DNA of 64,000 nt from Nitrosopumilus sp. (GCA_963662625.1 OY759726.1:1-64000); one strand, 5' to 3'. Shown: positions 32,460 through 42,759, counted from the stretch's first letter. The notes: generated from the sequence alone by a model not told the origin. Numbers and translations: made by a program.

Positions 32460-32510
32460 ACAAGTTACCCATACAGCAAGTCTTTTATTTCACTGCCCAT
32501 TTTTTCCATT

Positions 32511-33332
32511 ATGGATTTATTGCCAGATCATACTACCCACATCCCGTTATCAGAAATAACCATGGGAAAGAGCCAGGCTCGGCAAAGGAATACCAAGGTG
32601 GATGAAGATGACGACTTGGTTCATAGCATACGTAAGGATGGCCTACACAACCCAATCGTTGTAAAAAAAACTGACGAACACCAATTTGAATTGCTGAGCG
32701 GCCAACGAAGGTTTAGAGTGCATGAAATGCTTCAGAAGCCCACAATCAAGGCATATGTGGTGGAAAAGGATATTGACGAATTTGAGGCAAAAAAAATCTC
32801 GTTTGTGGAAAATGCCGCACGCAGGGATATGAAACATGCAGACTATGTTGACACCATACAGATTTTCATGAACAAGTATAACAACACCAGGACTGTTGCA
32901 GAAGAGCTCGGCATGAGCGTCAACACTGTGAGAAAATACCTGACCATCGGGAGGCTGCCAGAGGCAGTTCAGGCTCAAGTCCAAAATAAAAAAATCACCG
33001 CGGACAACGCGATTAAAGCGCTGGACGCTCTTGGCGGTGACGAAACCAATGTAGATGAAGCGGTCTTACTTGAGACTGCGCAAGAGATGCAAAAACTTGC
33101 ACCGCAATCGAGGAAGAAGATGATCAAGATAAAACAAAATGAACCAAACTTAAGTGCGGCCGATGCTGCCAACAAAGCAAAGAAAAGCACCCAACTTAAC
33201 AGGTTTACTATTGAAGTCCCCTATGAGCAATTGACACGAATAGACAGATTCAAACAAATAAAGGAAATTAGCAAAACCGAAGAGGCAGCAATTGAGCTGA
33301 TTGATCGGGGTCTTGATTCTGCAGAAGCATAA
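32511..33332 (+). CDS. ParB/Spo0J-family protein
   Basis: SIRKDGLHNPIVV...LSGQRRFR (GxRR), ENAARRD, HTH TRTVAEELGMSVNTVRKYL. Confidence 0.9.
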   Translation: MDLLPDHTTHIPLSEITMGKSQARQRNTKVDEDDDLVHSIRKDGLHNPIVVKKTDEHQFELLSGQRRFRVHEMLQKPTIKAYVVEKDIDEFEAKKISFVENAARRDMKHADYVDTIQIFMNKYNNTRTVAEELGMSVNTVRKYLTIGRLPEAVQAQVQNKKITADNAIKALDALGGDETNVDEAVLLETAQEMQKLAPQSRKKMIKIKQNEPNLSAADAANKAKKSTQLNRFTIEVPYEQLTRIDRFKQIKEISKTEEAAIELIDRGLDSAEA

Positions 33333-34090
33333 TGTCCATTCTACAAAGCCCGAAGCGCTTAGCTAAACTACTTGCCAGTATCAACGTATCATATTCTGAA
33401 AGACCAATATCTCCTATACAGGTTGCAGAAGAAATTGGCGAGCTATTAAAAGAGTTAAACGGTGACAAAAACGAACTCAAAAAACGGCTACCGCTATCTC
33501 AGGGCATCATTGATGGGTTTCTGCGTTTGTTAAACCTGCCGGGGAAAATCCAGGACATTATAGTGTGGGGGGAATCCAATAAGAATACGGGCGAGATTTC
33601 TTTTAGTGCCGCAAGCTATATTTGCAAATTAGAAAACAGCGAGGATGTCTTGAAGCTTGTGGGGGCAATGCATGATCTTGACAGGCCCATCACAAAAGAA
33701 GAGATCAAGGACATAATCAGCCTTAAAAAACACAATTCAGGAAAGCCAATCGAAAACTGCATCAATGAAGTGCTTGGCGTGACGAGGCCCACAGTGATCC
33801 AGCATTTTCTTTTTATCAGCGGCATCGACCCTTCAATTGTGAATGAACTAAAGGCAGAATCGCAAAAAAATAACATGAAATTGGATGATTGTGGAATTAA
33901 TGTTCTTTCCAAACTATTTCCCTCGGGTTCATTAAAAGGGGTCAAAATACACGATGACTATTTACAGCTGCATCTGTCCGAAGACGGAAGAAATTTCATG
34001 CGAAGGTATGGCGATTCCAACAACATATCTCGCAAGGATATAATCAACCACATGTTTGAGAAGGGAGCCACTGGAAATGAACAACAATGA
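33332..34090 (+). CDS. ParB-like HTH protein lacking the N-terminal ParB domain
   Basis: RPISPIQVAEEI...ELKKRLPLSQGII..FLRLLNLPGKIQ...ISFSAA mirrors the ParB central HTH region; 1-bp overlap with previous stop. Confidence 0.65.
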   Translation: MSILQSPKRLAKLLASINVSYSERPISPIQVAEEIGELLKELNGDKNELKKRLPLSQGIIDGFLRLLNLPGKIQDIIVWGESNKNTGEISFSAASYICKLENSEDVLKLVGAMHDLDRPITKEEIKDIISLKKHNSGKPIENCINEVLGVTRPTVIQHFLFISGIDPSIVNELKAESQKNNMKLDDCGINVLSKLFPSGSLKGVKIHDDYLQLHLSEDGRNFMRRYGDSNNISRKDIINHMFEKGATGNEQQ

Positions 34091-35126
34091 ACTTTTTTCT
34101 AAAGTCAAAATTACGGAACGCGGTGCAGTTTGTTTAGGAAAATCCCTTGTATGTGACGGGTTTGAACCCGACTACCATGCTGCGGCGTTTACTCATATCC
34201 ACTCTGATCATGTTTCTGACAGTTTCGAAACATGTATGCACCAATACAATGTATACGCCTCAAAAATCACCGGAGACCTGCTGGAGGCCATCACTGAGGA
34301 TACCTATTCTGGAAGAACCCAGTTTAAGCGAATCGATTATGGCGCCCCACAATTGATAAAATTTAATGATCATGGAGATTACTTGGAGCTTTTGGAATCC
34401 AAGCACATGCTGGGCTCAAGCCAGGTATTGCTGCATACCCATGATCAGCTGAAATTGCTTTATTCAGGTGATATCTCTCCAGATGATCATCCTCCCAAAT
34501 GCGATGTCTTAGTTATTGATTCTACTCACGGAGATCCCAGATTTGACAAAATCATCGATAGCGATAGCCTTGAGAGGCGGTTGTTGGACATAGTAGTAGA
34601 ATCAATCGATACCAAAAAACCTGTCTGCATACATGCTCACAGGGGGCAGTTACAAGACATAATGCATATTCTGTCTAACGATTCAAGGATTCTGCCGGAA
34701 GTTAAATTTCTAACCTCAAGCACCGATTTACAGATTGCCGAGGTTTATTGCCGTAACGGCGTTGAAATCAAGAGTTTGATAGATTTGCAATCTTATGAGG
34801 GGGAAACCATAACCAGCAACGGCTACCCATGGGTCGAATTTAGGCCAACTCTTCAGTTTACAAGACCAGAAGATCGAGGCCAAATGACTGGCATTCATGT
34901 ATGCGGTGGTTTTGGCAATGCTACCATAAGGGCCGATGGCAACAAGCACTGGATTGCCAGTGATAGCCACGCGGAGTTTTCTGATTTGTTGCGCTACGTC
35001 AGAGAGGCGGATCCCCAGGTAGTAGTCGTAGACAACCGCAGATCATCTTTAGGAAAAACGCTTGCCGAAAAAATCAACGAGATCGGCTACGAATCTAAGG
35101 CCATGCCCGTATTAGAAAATGACTAA
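34077..35126 (+). CDS. Metallo-beta-lactamase / beta-CASP nuclease
   Basis: THIHSDH, HMLGS, YSGD, IDSTHG and SHAEF motifs. Confidence 0.88.
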   Translation: MNNNELFSKVKITERGAVCLGKSLVCDGFEPDYHAAAFTHIHSDHVSDSFETCMHQYNVYASKITGDLLEAITEDTYSGRTQFKRIDYGAPQLIKFNDHGDYLELLESKHMLGSSQVLLHTHDQLKLLYSGDISPDDHPPKCDVLVIDSTHGDPRFDKIIDSDSLERRLLDIVVESIDTKKPVCIHAHRGQLQDIMHILSNDSRILPEVKFLTSSTDLQIAEVYCRNGVEIKSLIDLQSYEGETITSNGYPWVEFRPTLQFTRPEDRGQMTGIHVCGGFGNATIRADGNKHWIASDSHAEFSDLLRYVREADPQVVVVDNRRSSLGKTLAEKINEIGYESKAMPVLEND

Positions 35127-36480
35127 ATCAAGACAGCATTTTAAACAGTATTTGAAGGCGTTTATCCAACGGGCCCTGTCTGCATGCAAGGAGGAATACC
35201 TGAAAAATAAGCAGAAATATGAGGGCAGAGTCCCCATGGCAGATTTTTCGGGCCGAACACTGTCAATAACGCACAGGGATACGATAGATTACAAAAAACT
35301 GAGTCTCGCGTTAAAGACCTCTATTAAAAAATACCCGGAAGCCAATTCGCTTTTTAAGATCATAAGAAATATCCTAAAGTCCAAGATCAATCAAACCGAA
35401 TCAAAAAACACCAATAAGACGGATGTCGATTACAATGGATTGGATTCCCAGTTATTTTATTGCATATTCCATTATTTAAAAAATTACGGGTTTGAATTCG
35501 ATGAGTCCAACTTTAATGAAACCTTTTCAGCTTTTGATCAATATCTGCACCTGGGTTTTGACAATTACTGCTATCTTACTCCCTTGTATAATTTTGATGG
35601 TGATTTTGAGCACTGCCAGATATCATCCTGCTTGTGGATACAAAAAATCCCAATTAGTTTTTACAGTAAAATCATAAACTTGAATCTGGGCATCCGTGAG
35701 ATTCCGTCTTATCAAAGACAGCTCAAATACGCACTATTTTGTAGTGTTGGGACTAAGACTTCCCCCAGTCCCCCATCTACCGCCCTTAAAAATTTTGAAA
35801 ATACTCTCAATGCACTGAAACTATTTGAACGGGGAGATCCGAGCTTCGGAGATGTGTTTGGAATTCTCTCCAAAGATTGGCCTGGTTACAGTTTGAGCAT
35901 TATAGAGCGCGGTCACGAAAGATCACCTTACTCCTCCAGAAAATACCGCCTAGACGAGAAAAAAGCAAAAGATTTTGCGCATTTTCACGAGAAGTTATTC
36001 GGCAAAATATCCAAGCTAGACAGGAAATCTGGCTTCTTAGAATCTTCAATTCGTCGTTTTGGAATGGCATTTCATCATAGGGAGCCGGTAGATAAGATCG
36101 TGGACCATGTTATCTGCTTGGAGTCTTTGCTGGTTCCAAACGTGGGGGATGCCACCCTCAAACTATCCCATAGAATGTCTTCCCTGTTAGGTGACAACGA
36201 CGCCGAACGTGTATGGATATGGAAGTTTGCAAAGGAGGCCTATAAATTCAGAAGTGGGTACCTACACAAGTCCAAAGAGCGGCCAATTAAAATCGACTCT
36301 CATAATTTAGAATTAGACGAGGTATCTGCTAAATTGGAATGTCTTTCTCAGCTTGCCATCATGCGAGTAATCCAACTATTGCACAAATATGATTCCCAAG
36401 ATCAAATTGTTGATGAACTTGATCAATCGATGTATGACCGCGGTAAATTGAAAAAACTTCAAAGGGTTTGGAAACACTAA
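35119..36480 (+). CDS. ApeA-like HEPN domain protein
   Basis: VICLESLL...LSHRMSSLL...AYKFRSGYLH with an intact RxxxxH motif. Confidence 0.8.
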   Translation: MTKSRQHFKQYLKAFIQRALSACKEEYLKNKQKYEGRVPMADFSGRTLSITHRDTIDYKKLSLALKTSIKKYPEANSLFKIIRNILKSKINQTESKNTNKTDVDYNGLDSQLFYCIFHYLKNYGFEFDESNFNETFSAFDQYLHLGFDNYCYLTPLYNFDGDFEHCQISSCLWIQKIPISFYSKIINLNLGIREIPSYQRQLKYALFCSVGTKTSPSPPSTALKNFENTLNALKLFERGDPSFGDVFGILSKDWPGYSLSIIERGHERSPYSSRKYRLDEKKAKDFAHFHEKLFGKISKLDRKSGFLESSIRRFGMAFHHREPVDKIVDHVICLESLLVPNVGDATLKLSHRMSSLLGDNDAERVWIWKFAKEAYKFRSGYLHKSKERPIKIDSHNLELDEVSAKLECLSQLAIMRVIQLLHKYDSQDQIVDELDQSMYDRGKLKKLQRVWKH

Positions 36481-36578
36481 AGTGGCGATGATTGTGAATT
36501 TCACCGTAGATGCGGCGATGCAGAAACCTGCAGGTGCCCAGCTGATCGTGTACGCCCCGAGTTACTCTGAGACACACT

Positions 36579-37754
36579 TCAGGAGCCGTTAATTTTTGAG
36601 ATCTGTTTTACGGCTTCCGCTATCTTCCGGGCTGAAAACTCCACCCCGTGATCCGGCTGGTCGCTAAAGCGCCCTATCCCAACACGGATTGACGAGAAAG
36701 CCCGGTCCTCGCCGAACCCCAATGCCATGATCACGTGTGATGGCTCCACGCTTTGGGTGGTGCACGCTGATCCTGTAGATATCGCAACGTGGTCCGAGAC
36801 CGAGTTGATTATGGCCTTGCCTTCCACGCCTGGAAAGTAGAGGTTGAGGTTGCCTGGCAGCCGATCGTCCTTGGGGCCATTGAGTGCCACATCCGCCTGT
36901 CCACGTATGAGATCAAACATCGTGGAAGACAGGCTCCTGAGTATCGTGGCCTCCGAGTGCATCTCCTTGTGTGCGATTTCTGCCGCTTTGCCAAACCCGA
37001 CTATCGCCGGCACGTTTAGGGTTCCAGAGCGCATTCCGTGCTCCTGTCCGCCCCCGTAGACCAGGGGCGATACCCGGACTCGTGGGTGCATGCCCCGAAC
37101 ATATAGCGCGCCTATTCCCTTGGGACCGTACATCTTGTGCGCCGAAAACGACATCAGGTCGATGTTCATGTCTTCGGTGCTGACCGGTATGTGGCCTACT
37201 GCCTGCGCCGCGTCGGTGTGGAACAGTACCCCCTTCTCGTGGGCCATCTTTCCTATGCTTGCGACGTCCTGTATCGTGCCGATCTCGTTGTTTGCGGCCA
37301 TTATGGATATCAGAACCGTCCTGTCCGTTACGGCATCCTCGAGTTCGCCCATGTCGACGAAGCCATGCTCGTCTACCGGCACGTACGTCACTTTTTTCCC
37401 CATGGCCTCCATATGCCTTGCCACGCTTAGCACGGATTCGTGCTCGGTAACGCATGTGATCATGTGATCGCCGGCATCCTCGTACGCATTCATGACGCCG
37501 GATATTGCGAGGTTGTTCGACTCTGTGGCCCCGCTTGTAAAGACAATCTCGTTTTCTTTTGCGCCGATTGTGGCTGCAATGTCTTTTCTTGAAGACGAGA
37601 CTGCCTCGGCGGCCTTGCTGCCGTACACATGATCCGTGCTTGATGCGTTTCCAAAGGAATCCGCAAAGTAGGGCATCATGGCATCAAGCACTCTGGCATC
37701 GAGCGGCGTCGTGGCGTTGTTGTCAAGGTACACGATGTCTTCTAGTTGAGGCAA
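36579..37754 (-). CDS. dndA: Cysteine desulfurase DndA/IscS
   Basis: YLDNNATT, HTDAAQA, SAHKMYGPKG, STGSAC; last gene of the dnd operon. Confidence 0.9.
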   Translation of the reverse strand: MPQLEDIVYLDNNATTPLDARVLDAMMPYFADSFGNASSTDHVYGSKAAEAVSSSRKDIAATIGAKENEIVFTSGATESNNLAISGVMNAYEDAGDHMITCVTEHESVLSVARHMEAMGKKVTYVPVDEHGFVDMGELEDAVTDRTVLISIMAANNEIGTIQDVASIGKMAHEKGVLFHTDAAQAVGHIPVSTEDMNIDLMSFSAHKMYGPKGIGALYVRGMHPRVRVSPLVYGGGQEHGMRSGTLNVPAIVGFGKAAEIAHKEMHSEATILRSLSSTMFDLIRGQADVALNGPKDDRLPGNLNLYFPGVEGKAIINSVSDHVAISTGSACTTQSVEPSHVIMALGFGEDRAFSSIRVGIGRFSDQPDHGVEFSARKIAEAVKQISKINGS

Positions 37755-38125
37755 TTCTCCCGCTCCTGTAGTATGACGCGCTCAAAGTCGGACATGTCGT
37801 GTATGCGGGCAAACAGCGCTATGGTTCCGCGGTTAAAATGCGCACGCACCATCCTGTTCATCCACATGTTGGGGTTGAACCCGTCCCTCCTCAGTCGCTG
37901 GATCATCAGCGCCATGAACATGTCCTCGTAGTCTCCGAACAGCACGGATGGGTGTATCTCCGATCCCTTCTCGTCGAACTCGTCCGGGTTTGGGGGGGAG
38001 GGGTCGTTTAGCGACATGCATATTGCGAACCTCCCCATTATGTTGGGGGCCAGGCCTGTCCTCGACTTTAGCTGCGCAAGCAGGTTCTGCGAGCGCGAAC
38101 TCATCCTAAGCCTAGCGAACCGCAA
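37742..38125 (-). CDS. dndE: DNA phosphorothioation protein DndE
   Basis: LKSRTGLAPNIMGRFAICMSL...RAHFNRG; position after dndD; TTG start inferred. Confidence 0.88.
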   Translation of the reverse strand: MRFARLRMSSRSQNLLAQLKSRTGLAPNIMGRFAICMSLNDPSPPNPDEFDEKGSEIHPSVLFGDYEDMFMALMIQRLRRDGFNPNMWMNRMVRAHFNRGTIALFARIHDMSDFERVILQERENCLN

Positions 38126-40157
38126 CAACCCGGCGTCCCCCCTCGTTCCAGAAGTAGCTATCGTGCTTCTTCGTAGATCCCTTGCTATCAACATATTCCA
38201 AGGCATATGACCGCATCAGGTGGGGCTTCAGTTTTTTGTAGTCCCGGTATTCAATCTCCTTGTCGGTGGAGAAGATTAAGATCTGGTGCGATGCTTTGGG
38301 AAGGAACTTGGCCATGATGTTTGTTCTGTGCTTCCCGTCAAGCCGTGCCAGCGGGGTATCTATGACAAACGGCAGTGGCCTGCCGGAGGTCTTTGCCAGT
38401 GACCACAGGACAGACATTGCAAACATCTGCTTCTCGCCCTCGGACAGGATATCTTTTTGTAGCGTGGAGCCGTTTTCCCTAAACAAAGTTATCTCAAACG
38501 TGTCAGGGTTGACCACGACCTTCTCGACCAGGTTTTTCTTATGCATGAGCAGTTTGAGATAGCCCAGCACATAGCCCTCCAAGAGCCGAATTTTTTTGTG
38601 TTTTAGTTTCTCGGCAAACTCCTCCAAGGCGCTCTGGACCTTCTGGGTTAGTTCTACACGGATTTCAGCCTTTTCGTTATCGTATATCTCAGATGTCAGG
38701 GCTTGTATCTTGTTGTCAAGATGCCGCTTCAGGGACGTCTCGCTCGCTATTTTTTCCTTCATGTGTGAGAACCGTACTGACAGTTCGCCCTTTTGCGACT
38801 GGGCATTTCCAATATCTGAAACCAGCGAGCTGATCTCGTCATCACGGGGGGCGCTTTCGATGGACACCTCCAGCCTGTTCATCTCCTCTGCCACCTTGAC
38901 GAGGGTTTTCGTGTGTTTTCTGAGTGCCGAGATGGCATCGGTGTTGGCTTCGTCAATTATGGACATCATCCTGGATGCCTGGGAGGCCGAAAAATCAAAC
39001 ACGGGCTTGGGGACCGCTTTGGCGCGGGTCTTTTCCTTCCGGAGCATGGAGGACATGGCGGATACGGCCGCATCAATGTGACGCCTCTCGAGCCCGGACT
39101 CTTTCCAGAATTGCGCGGTCTTGATCTTGGAAGCGATATGGCTTAGCTTGGAGTCTACCAGATTGTCGCCGGCCAGTTGCTGCTGTATTGATTCATCCTC
39201 CTTGATCTGTTCAGATAACCTCACGAGGTCGTCTGGGATCATTGCAAAGGGCAGGGTTCCAGAGCAGAGCTCTGCCACGTCTTGTCGGACATGCTCATAC
39301 ACTGCCTTTTTTGCCGCAAGCTTCCCCCTGGCAGCATCACGTCCACTGGCAAACGTGCCCCCGATGCCAGAAATCTTGCCTTCCAGGACCTCGATCTCCT
39401 GATCTAGCCGATCCATGTCGTTTTGCAGGGCGGCGGACTTTTCTTCCAGGTTGGCAATCGTGCGCATTGCATCGGCTTTCTCCTTTTCGTATCTGTCGCA
39501 GTCCTGCCTCAGGTGGTCGCTTTTCTTGGTGAGGTTCCTCGCAAGGTTGATCCTCAGGTCGGTGCGGAGCTGCTCTACAAGATCTATGCCCAGAAGGGAT
39601 TTGAAGGATTCCTTGATCGCTATGTCCTCGGTTCCTTCCTTGGCAATCTCCACTATCTTTTCGCCGTCGAAAAAGAACAGGTTTGCTATCCCCTTTGGAA
39701 TCAAGCCCTCTACGAACGACTGCCAGTGGGACTTTTCTATGTCTTCCAATGGGGCGAACTCGGCATCATCCGACGTGCGTTTTTTGACGTCAAGCGTCTC
39801 CTCTATGGAGCCCTCTTCTTTTTTCCAGAAGCGCTCCACCCGGTATTCGGCGACCTTACCGTCGTGAAAGAACTTGAATTGCACGGTGATCGACGCGTGG
39901 TCGGCAGGGGTTAGGCTCTTGGCGTACCGGTGAATCTTGCGTGCGAGGAACTTTCTGTATTCTTTTTTGGACACCCGTCTGCCCAGGGCAGATATGCCGT
40001 AAAGGCATATGGTCATGGATTCAAAGAGGGTGGTCTTCCCGGCCCCGTTTGTTCCGCCAATCAGTATAATGGGCTTTTGGGCGGTACATGTAAAGTCAAA
40101 CTCGTTTTTCCCCCTATATACGCCGTAATCCTGCAACACGATGCGCGTGACTATCAA
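38112..40157 (-). CDS. dndD: DNA phosphorothioation SMC-like ATPase DndD
   Basis: GGTNGAGKTT, FFFDGEKI, LSEGEKQ, VIDTPLARLD, FSTDKEI. Confidence 0.95.
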   Translation of the reverse strand: MIVTRIVLQDYGVYRGKNEFDFTCTAQKPIILIGGTNGAGKTTLFESMTICLYGISALGRRVSKKEYRKFLARKIHRYAKSLTPADHASITVQFKFFHDGKVAEYRVERFWKKEEGSIEETLDVKKRTSDDAEFAPLEDIEKSHWQSFVEGLIPKGIANLFFFDGEKIVEIAKEGTEDIAIKESFKSLLGIDLVEQLRTDLRINLARNLTKKSDHLRQDCDRYEKEKADAMRTIANLEEKSAALQNDMDRLDQEIEVLEGKISGIGGTFASGRDAARGKLAAKKAVYEHVRQDVAELCSGTLPFAMIPDDLVRLSEQIKEDESIQQQLAGDNLVDSKLSHIASKIKTAQFWKESGLERRHIDAAVSAMSSMLRKEKTRAKAVPKPVFDFSASQASRMMSIIDEANTDAISALRKHTKTLVKVAEEMNRLEVSIESAPRDDEISSLVSDIGNAQSQKGELSVRFSHMKEKIASETSLKRHLDNKIQALTSEIYDNEKAEIRVELTQKVQSALEEFAEKLKHKKIRLLEGYVLGYLKLLMHKKNLVEKVVVNPDTFEITLFRENGSTLQKDILSEGEKQMFAMSVLWSLAKTSGRPLPFVIDTPLARLDGKHRTNIMAKFLPKASHQILIFSTDKEIEYRDYKKLKPHLMRSYALEYVDSKGSTKKHDSYFWNEGGRRVVAVR

Positions 40158-41659
40158 CGGTTGTTCACCAGGCTGCGTTTTGAGTGATTTCGTGATTCCA
40201 AATCACGGATGATCTCTGGCATGTCATCCCTCCATTCCTCTGCGAGTATCTTGTTGATCTTGGGGTATATCTTGGAATGCTGCACCATGCCTTGTGATTC
40301 GTGTTCTGCATTGAGCAGTTTAGACACCAAAAGGGCAGGAACGTCGTTTTGTTGGCAAATTTCCTCCAGCAGGTCCTGCTCCACCACGCCGAATACTCCA
40401 AGATCCTCCTGGGGCGGGACGAGTTTTTCGCCCATGATCTTTTCGTAGATCTGGTATGCCGTATTCTTCCAGTCGCCCCTCTCCATCCTCCATATCCTTT
40501 GGATCTCATGGATCTCATCCTCCAAGATTAGCATCATGTACGGGTCTGGCCCGTCCTGCCTGATTTTTTTCTGGGCTTTTAGTAGTTTCTTTAGAAATTC
40601 CTTGCAAAAGTCCATCGTGTATGGGCCAGGAACCAGTCTGTTGTGCGGATCGTCGTAGTCAATGCCCTCTGGCTCTTTTACGGATTCGAGCATCTTCTTG
40701 TCAAACCCCTTCCTGCGTCCGTCGTCGATGAGCTTCATCTGCCCGGTCCTGCGCTTGAACGAGCGCACCTCCTTCCTCTTGGCAGGCTCTTGCGTGGCCT
40801 TGAGATCCTCGCGCAGTTCAAGCAGGGGCTCCATCCAGCCCTCACCGTTTTCGATCGTGTTGCGCAGGGACGAGTCATCGTTGACCACGGTGCACGTCCA
40901 GCATCCGAACCTGCTGTTTCCACAGGACGGAGTGCTGGCATCCACCACCAGTGGGCATTCCGAGGCGTTTGCGTTCTGGTACATTGCCAGCAGATCCCTG
41001 TTGTTGGAGCCCCACGGGTTTTTTTTCTGCAGCAGGTAATTCCACACATCCTTGGACGTGAAATCACGCAGGGGCGTATACACATAGGTCTGGGCAAACT
41101 TCGAGTGCCGCGAGAGCAGGCTTCCCTCAATCTCATAGAGGTTCATTAGCTGTTGTCGGGAACCGCTCTCGTCCTTCCTGGTTCCCAGAACCACAATTGC
41201 CTCGCCATATTCCGATACCCTGTCCTGTATGAACCTGTCCGCATTACGTATCTTGAGCCTCTCCGTGCACCACCTGAACAGGTTGCTTGGGGCCGGGAAT
41301 CCCTTTCCAAGGAGGCACACCCAGAAAGTATCCTCCATTAGAGGACGGACCAGGTTTGTTGATATCGGAAGGCGTGATTTTTTGGATGCTTTTTCCATCA
41401 TGTCGAGTGTGCTGGTGATTTGCTCCACAACCTTGGGAGACTCTACCAGCGTGTCAGACGATATTATGAAGATCCGCTTGTGTAGTTTTTTTGCGGGTAG
41501 TTCGGACAACGCCTCCCAGATAAGCTGGACCATGCATGTGGAGTCCTTGCCTCCGCTGAATCCGAGAATCCACGGTCTGTTGTCTGAAAGATATACCTGC
41601 CGGATCTCCTCATAGATGTCCCTCACCTTGCGGGTTTTAAATATAGATTCTGTGGGCAT
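40154..41659 (-). CDS. dndC: DNA phosphorothioation sulfurtransferase DndC
   Basis: WILGFSGGKDST, FRWCTERLKI, ECPLVVD...SCGNSRFGCWTCTVV. Confidence 0.95.
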   Translation of the reverse strand: MPTESIFKTRKVRDIYEEIRQVYLSDNRPWILGFSGGKDSTCMVQLIWEALSELPAKKLHKRIFIISSDTLVESPKVVEQITSTLDMMEKASKKSRLPISTNLVRPLMEDTFWVCLLGKGFPAPSNLFRWCTERLKIRNADRFIQDRVSEYGEAIVVLGTRKDESGSRQQLMNLYEIEGSLLSRHSKFAQTYVYTPLRDFTSKDVWNYLLQKKNPWGSNNRDLLAMYQNANASECPLVVDASTPSCGNSRFGCWTCTVVNDDSSLRNTIENGEGWMEPLLELREDLKATQEPAKRKEVRSFKRRTGQMKLIDDGRRKGFDKKMLESVKEPEGIDYDDPHNRLVPGPYTMDFCKEFLKKLLKAQKKIRQDGPDPYMMLILEDEIHEIQRIWRMERGDWKNTAYQIYEKIMGEKLVPPQEDLGVFGVVEQDLLEEICQQNDVPALLVSKLLNAEHESQGMVQHSKIYPKINKILAEEWRDDMPEIIRDLESRNHSKRSLVNNR

Positions 41660-42745
41660 TCAGGCGTCCATCCCTATGGTTTCAGGCAATCCAAGGCCGA
41701 CTAATATTTCATTGGCTGCCCTCTTGATCCCCAGCCGGTTCTTGATCAGTTTGCCGTCCATGACTACCTTGTCCTGCCAGATCGGGCTGTTTCGCATCCA
41801 GTCGATCTTCTGTAGCCCTCTGATCCGATCTTTCCAGTCAGATCGCTGGACCAGCACATGGCCCACCAGCCCTAGCGCGTTGAGGATGTTTGTGTGTGCA
41901 TGGACGTAGTCCTTCCTCAGGTCATAAGGAGTGAGCTTTTTCTGCACCAGAAGGTTCCACTCGGGTATATTTGATGCCACAGCGTCCCAGTACTCCACTG
42001 CTAGTTTTTGTTTTTCAGCAGAGATCGATTTTGTTGTGGGTTTGAGGCTTAAAAGATACCTTGTCGCATCTGCCACCCCGTTCAAAGTCACAAACTTGGT
42101 TGAGCGGTTGGAGATGTTTGTGCGCTCCATCTCCGTACGCCCGCAAAACACCTCAACGTCATTGACCAGATTGACGATGAATCTTGCAAACGTGTCCCGG
42201 TGGTCATACAGCAGTCCCAGTGACTTGGTTGGCTTGACCGCATGTTTGTTGAGGTCAGCAAACATCTGCTGGCTTCGCTCCAGCCCCCTGTCCTCAAACA
42301 CGACTACAGCCATGCGTTCCATGCCAATGCGTTCGTCGTCCTCGTATGCAGACCGGATTGCGGCGCACCGGTGCTGTCCATCATTGACTAGGATTCTTGC
42401 ACTGCTTGGTATCCTGATCTTTCCCACCTTGCTCTCCGAATTGTTACGTGGAGTAGGCTCAAAGTCTATCTTTTGGTCTACAGAGACCGTAATCGCTGAA
42501 AAGACATAGTTGTCAAGGTTGTCCAGTATGTAAGATGCTATCCTGGGCACGCGTGATTCCCTAATCTTGCGCTGGGCCCTCAAGTGTGCAGGAATTCCGG
42601 AATCCTTGTCAAACTTGAAGTGGTTGCTTATGGTGGCAAAATCAGACATCATGATATAAAACACGCGTCCAGCCTGAATGCCCTTTGTGGCGTCGAACGT
42701 CAGGGAGCTGGCAGCCTCGGCCTCGACATACTGTTGCCTGCTCAT
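41660..42745 (-). CDS. dndB: DndB regulator (DGQHR domain)
   Basis: GIQAGR, RAQRK, NDGQHR, QQMFADLN, LYDHRD. Confidence 0.95.
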   Translation of the reverse strand: MSRQQYVEAEAASSLTFDATKGIQAGRVFYIMMSDFATISNHFKFDKDSGIPAHLRAQRKIRESRVPRIASYILDNLDNYVFSAITVSVDQKIDFEPTPRNNSESKVGKIRIPSSARILVNDGQHRCAAIRSAYEDDERIGMERMAVVVFEDRGLERSQQMFADLNKHAVKPTKSLGLLYDHRDTFARFIVNLVNDVEVFCGRTEMERTNISNRSTKFVTLNGVADATRYLLSLKPTTKSISAEKQKLAVEYWDAVASNIPEWNLLVQKKLTPYDLRKDYVHAHTNILNALGLVGHVLVQRSDWKDRIRGLQKIDWMRNSPIWQDKVVMDGKLIKNRLGIKRAANEILVGLGLPETIGMDA

Positions 42746-42759
42746 TCATGACGCACCTG

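Noticed and set aside
32511-33332. ParABS partition locus
   Set aside because: No parA or parS-like repeats seen; ParB is coupled to nuclease genes
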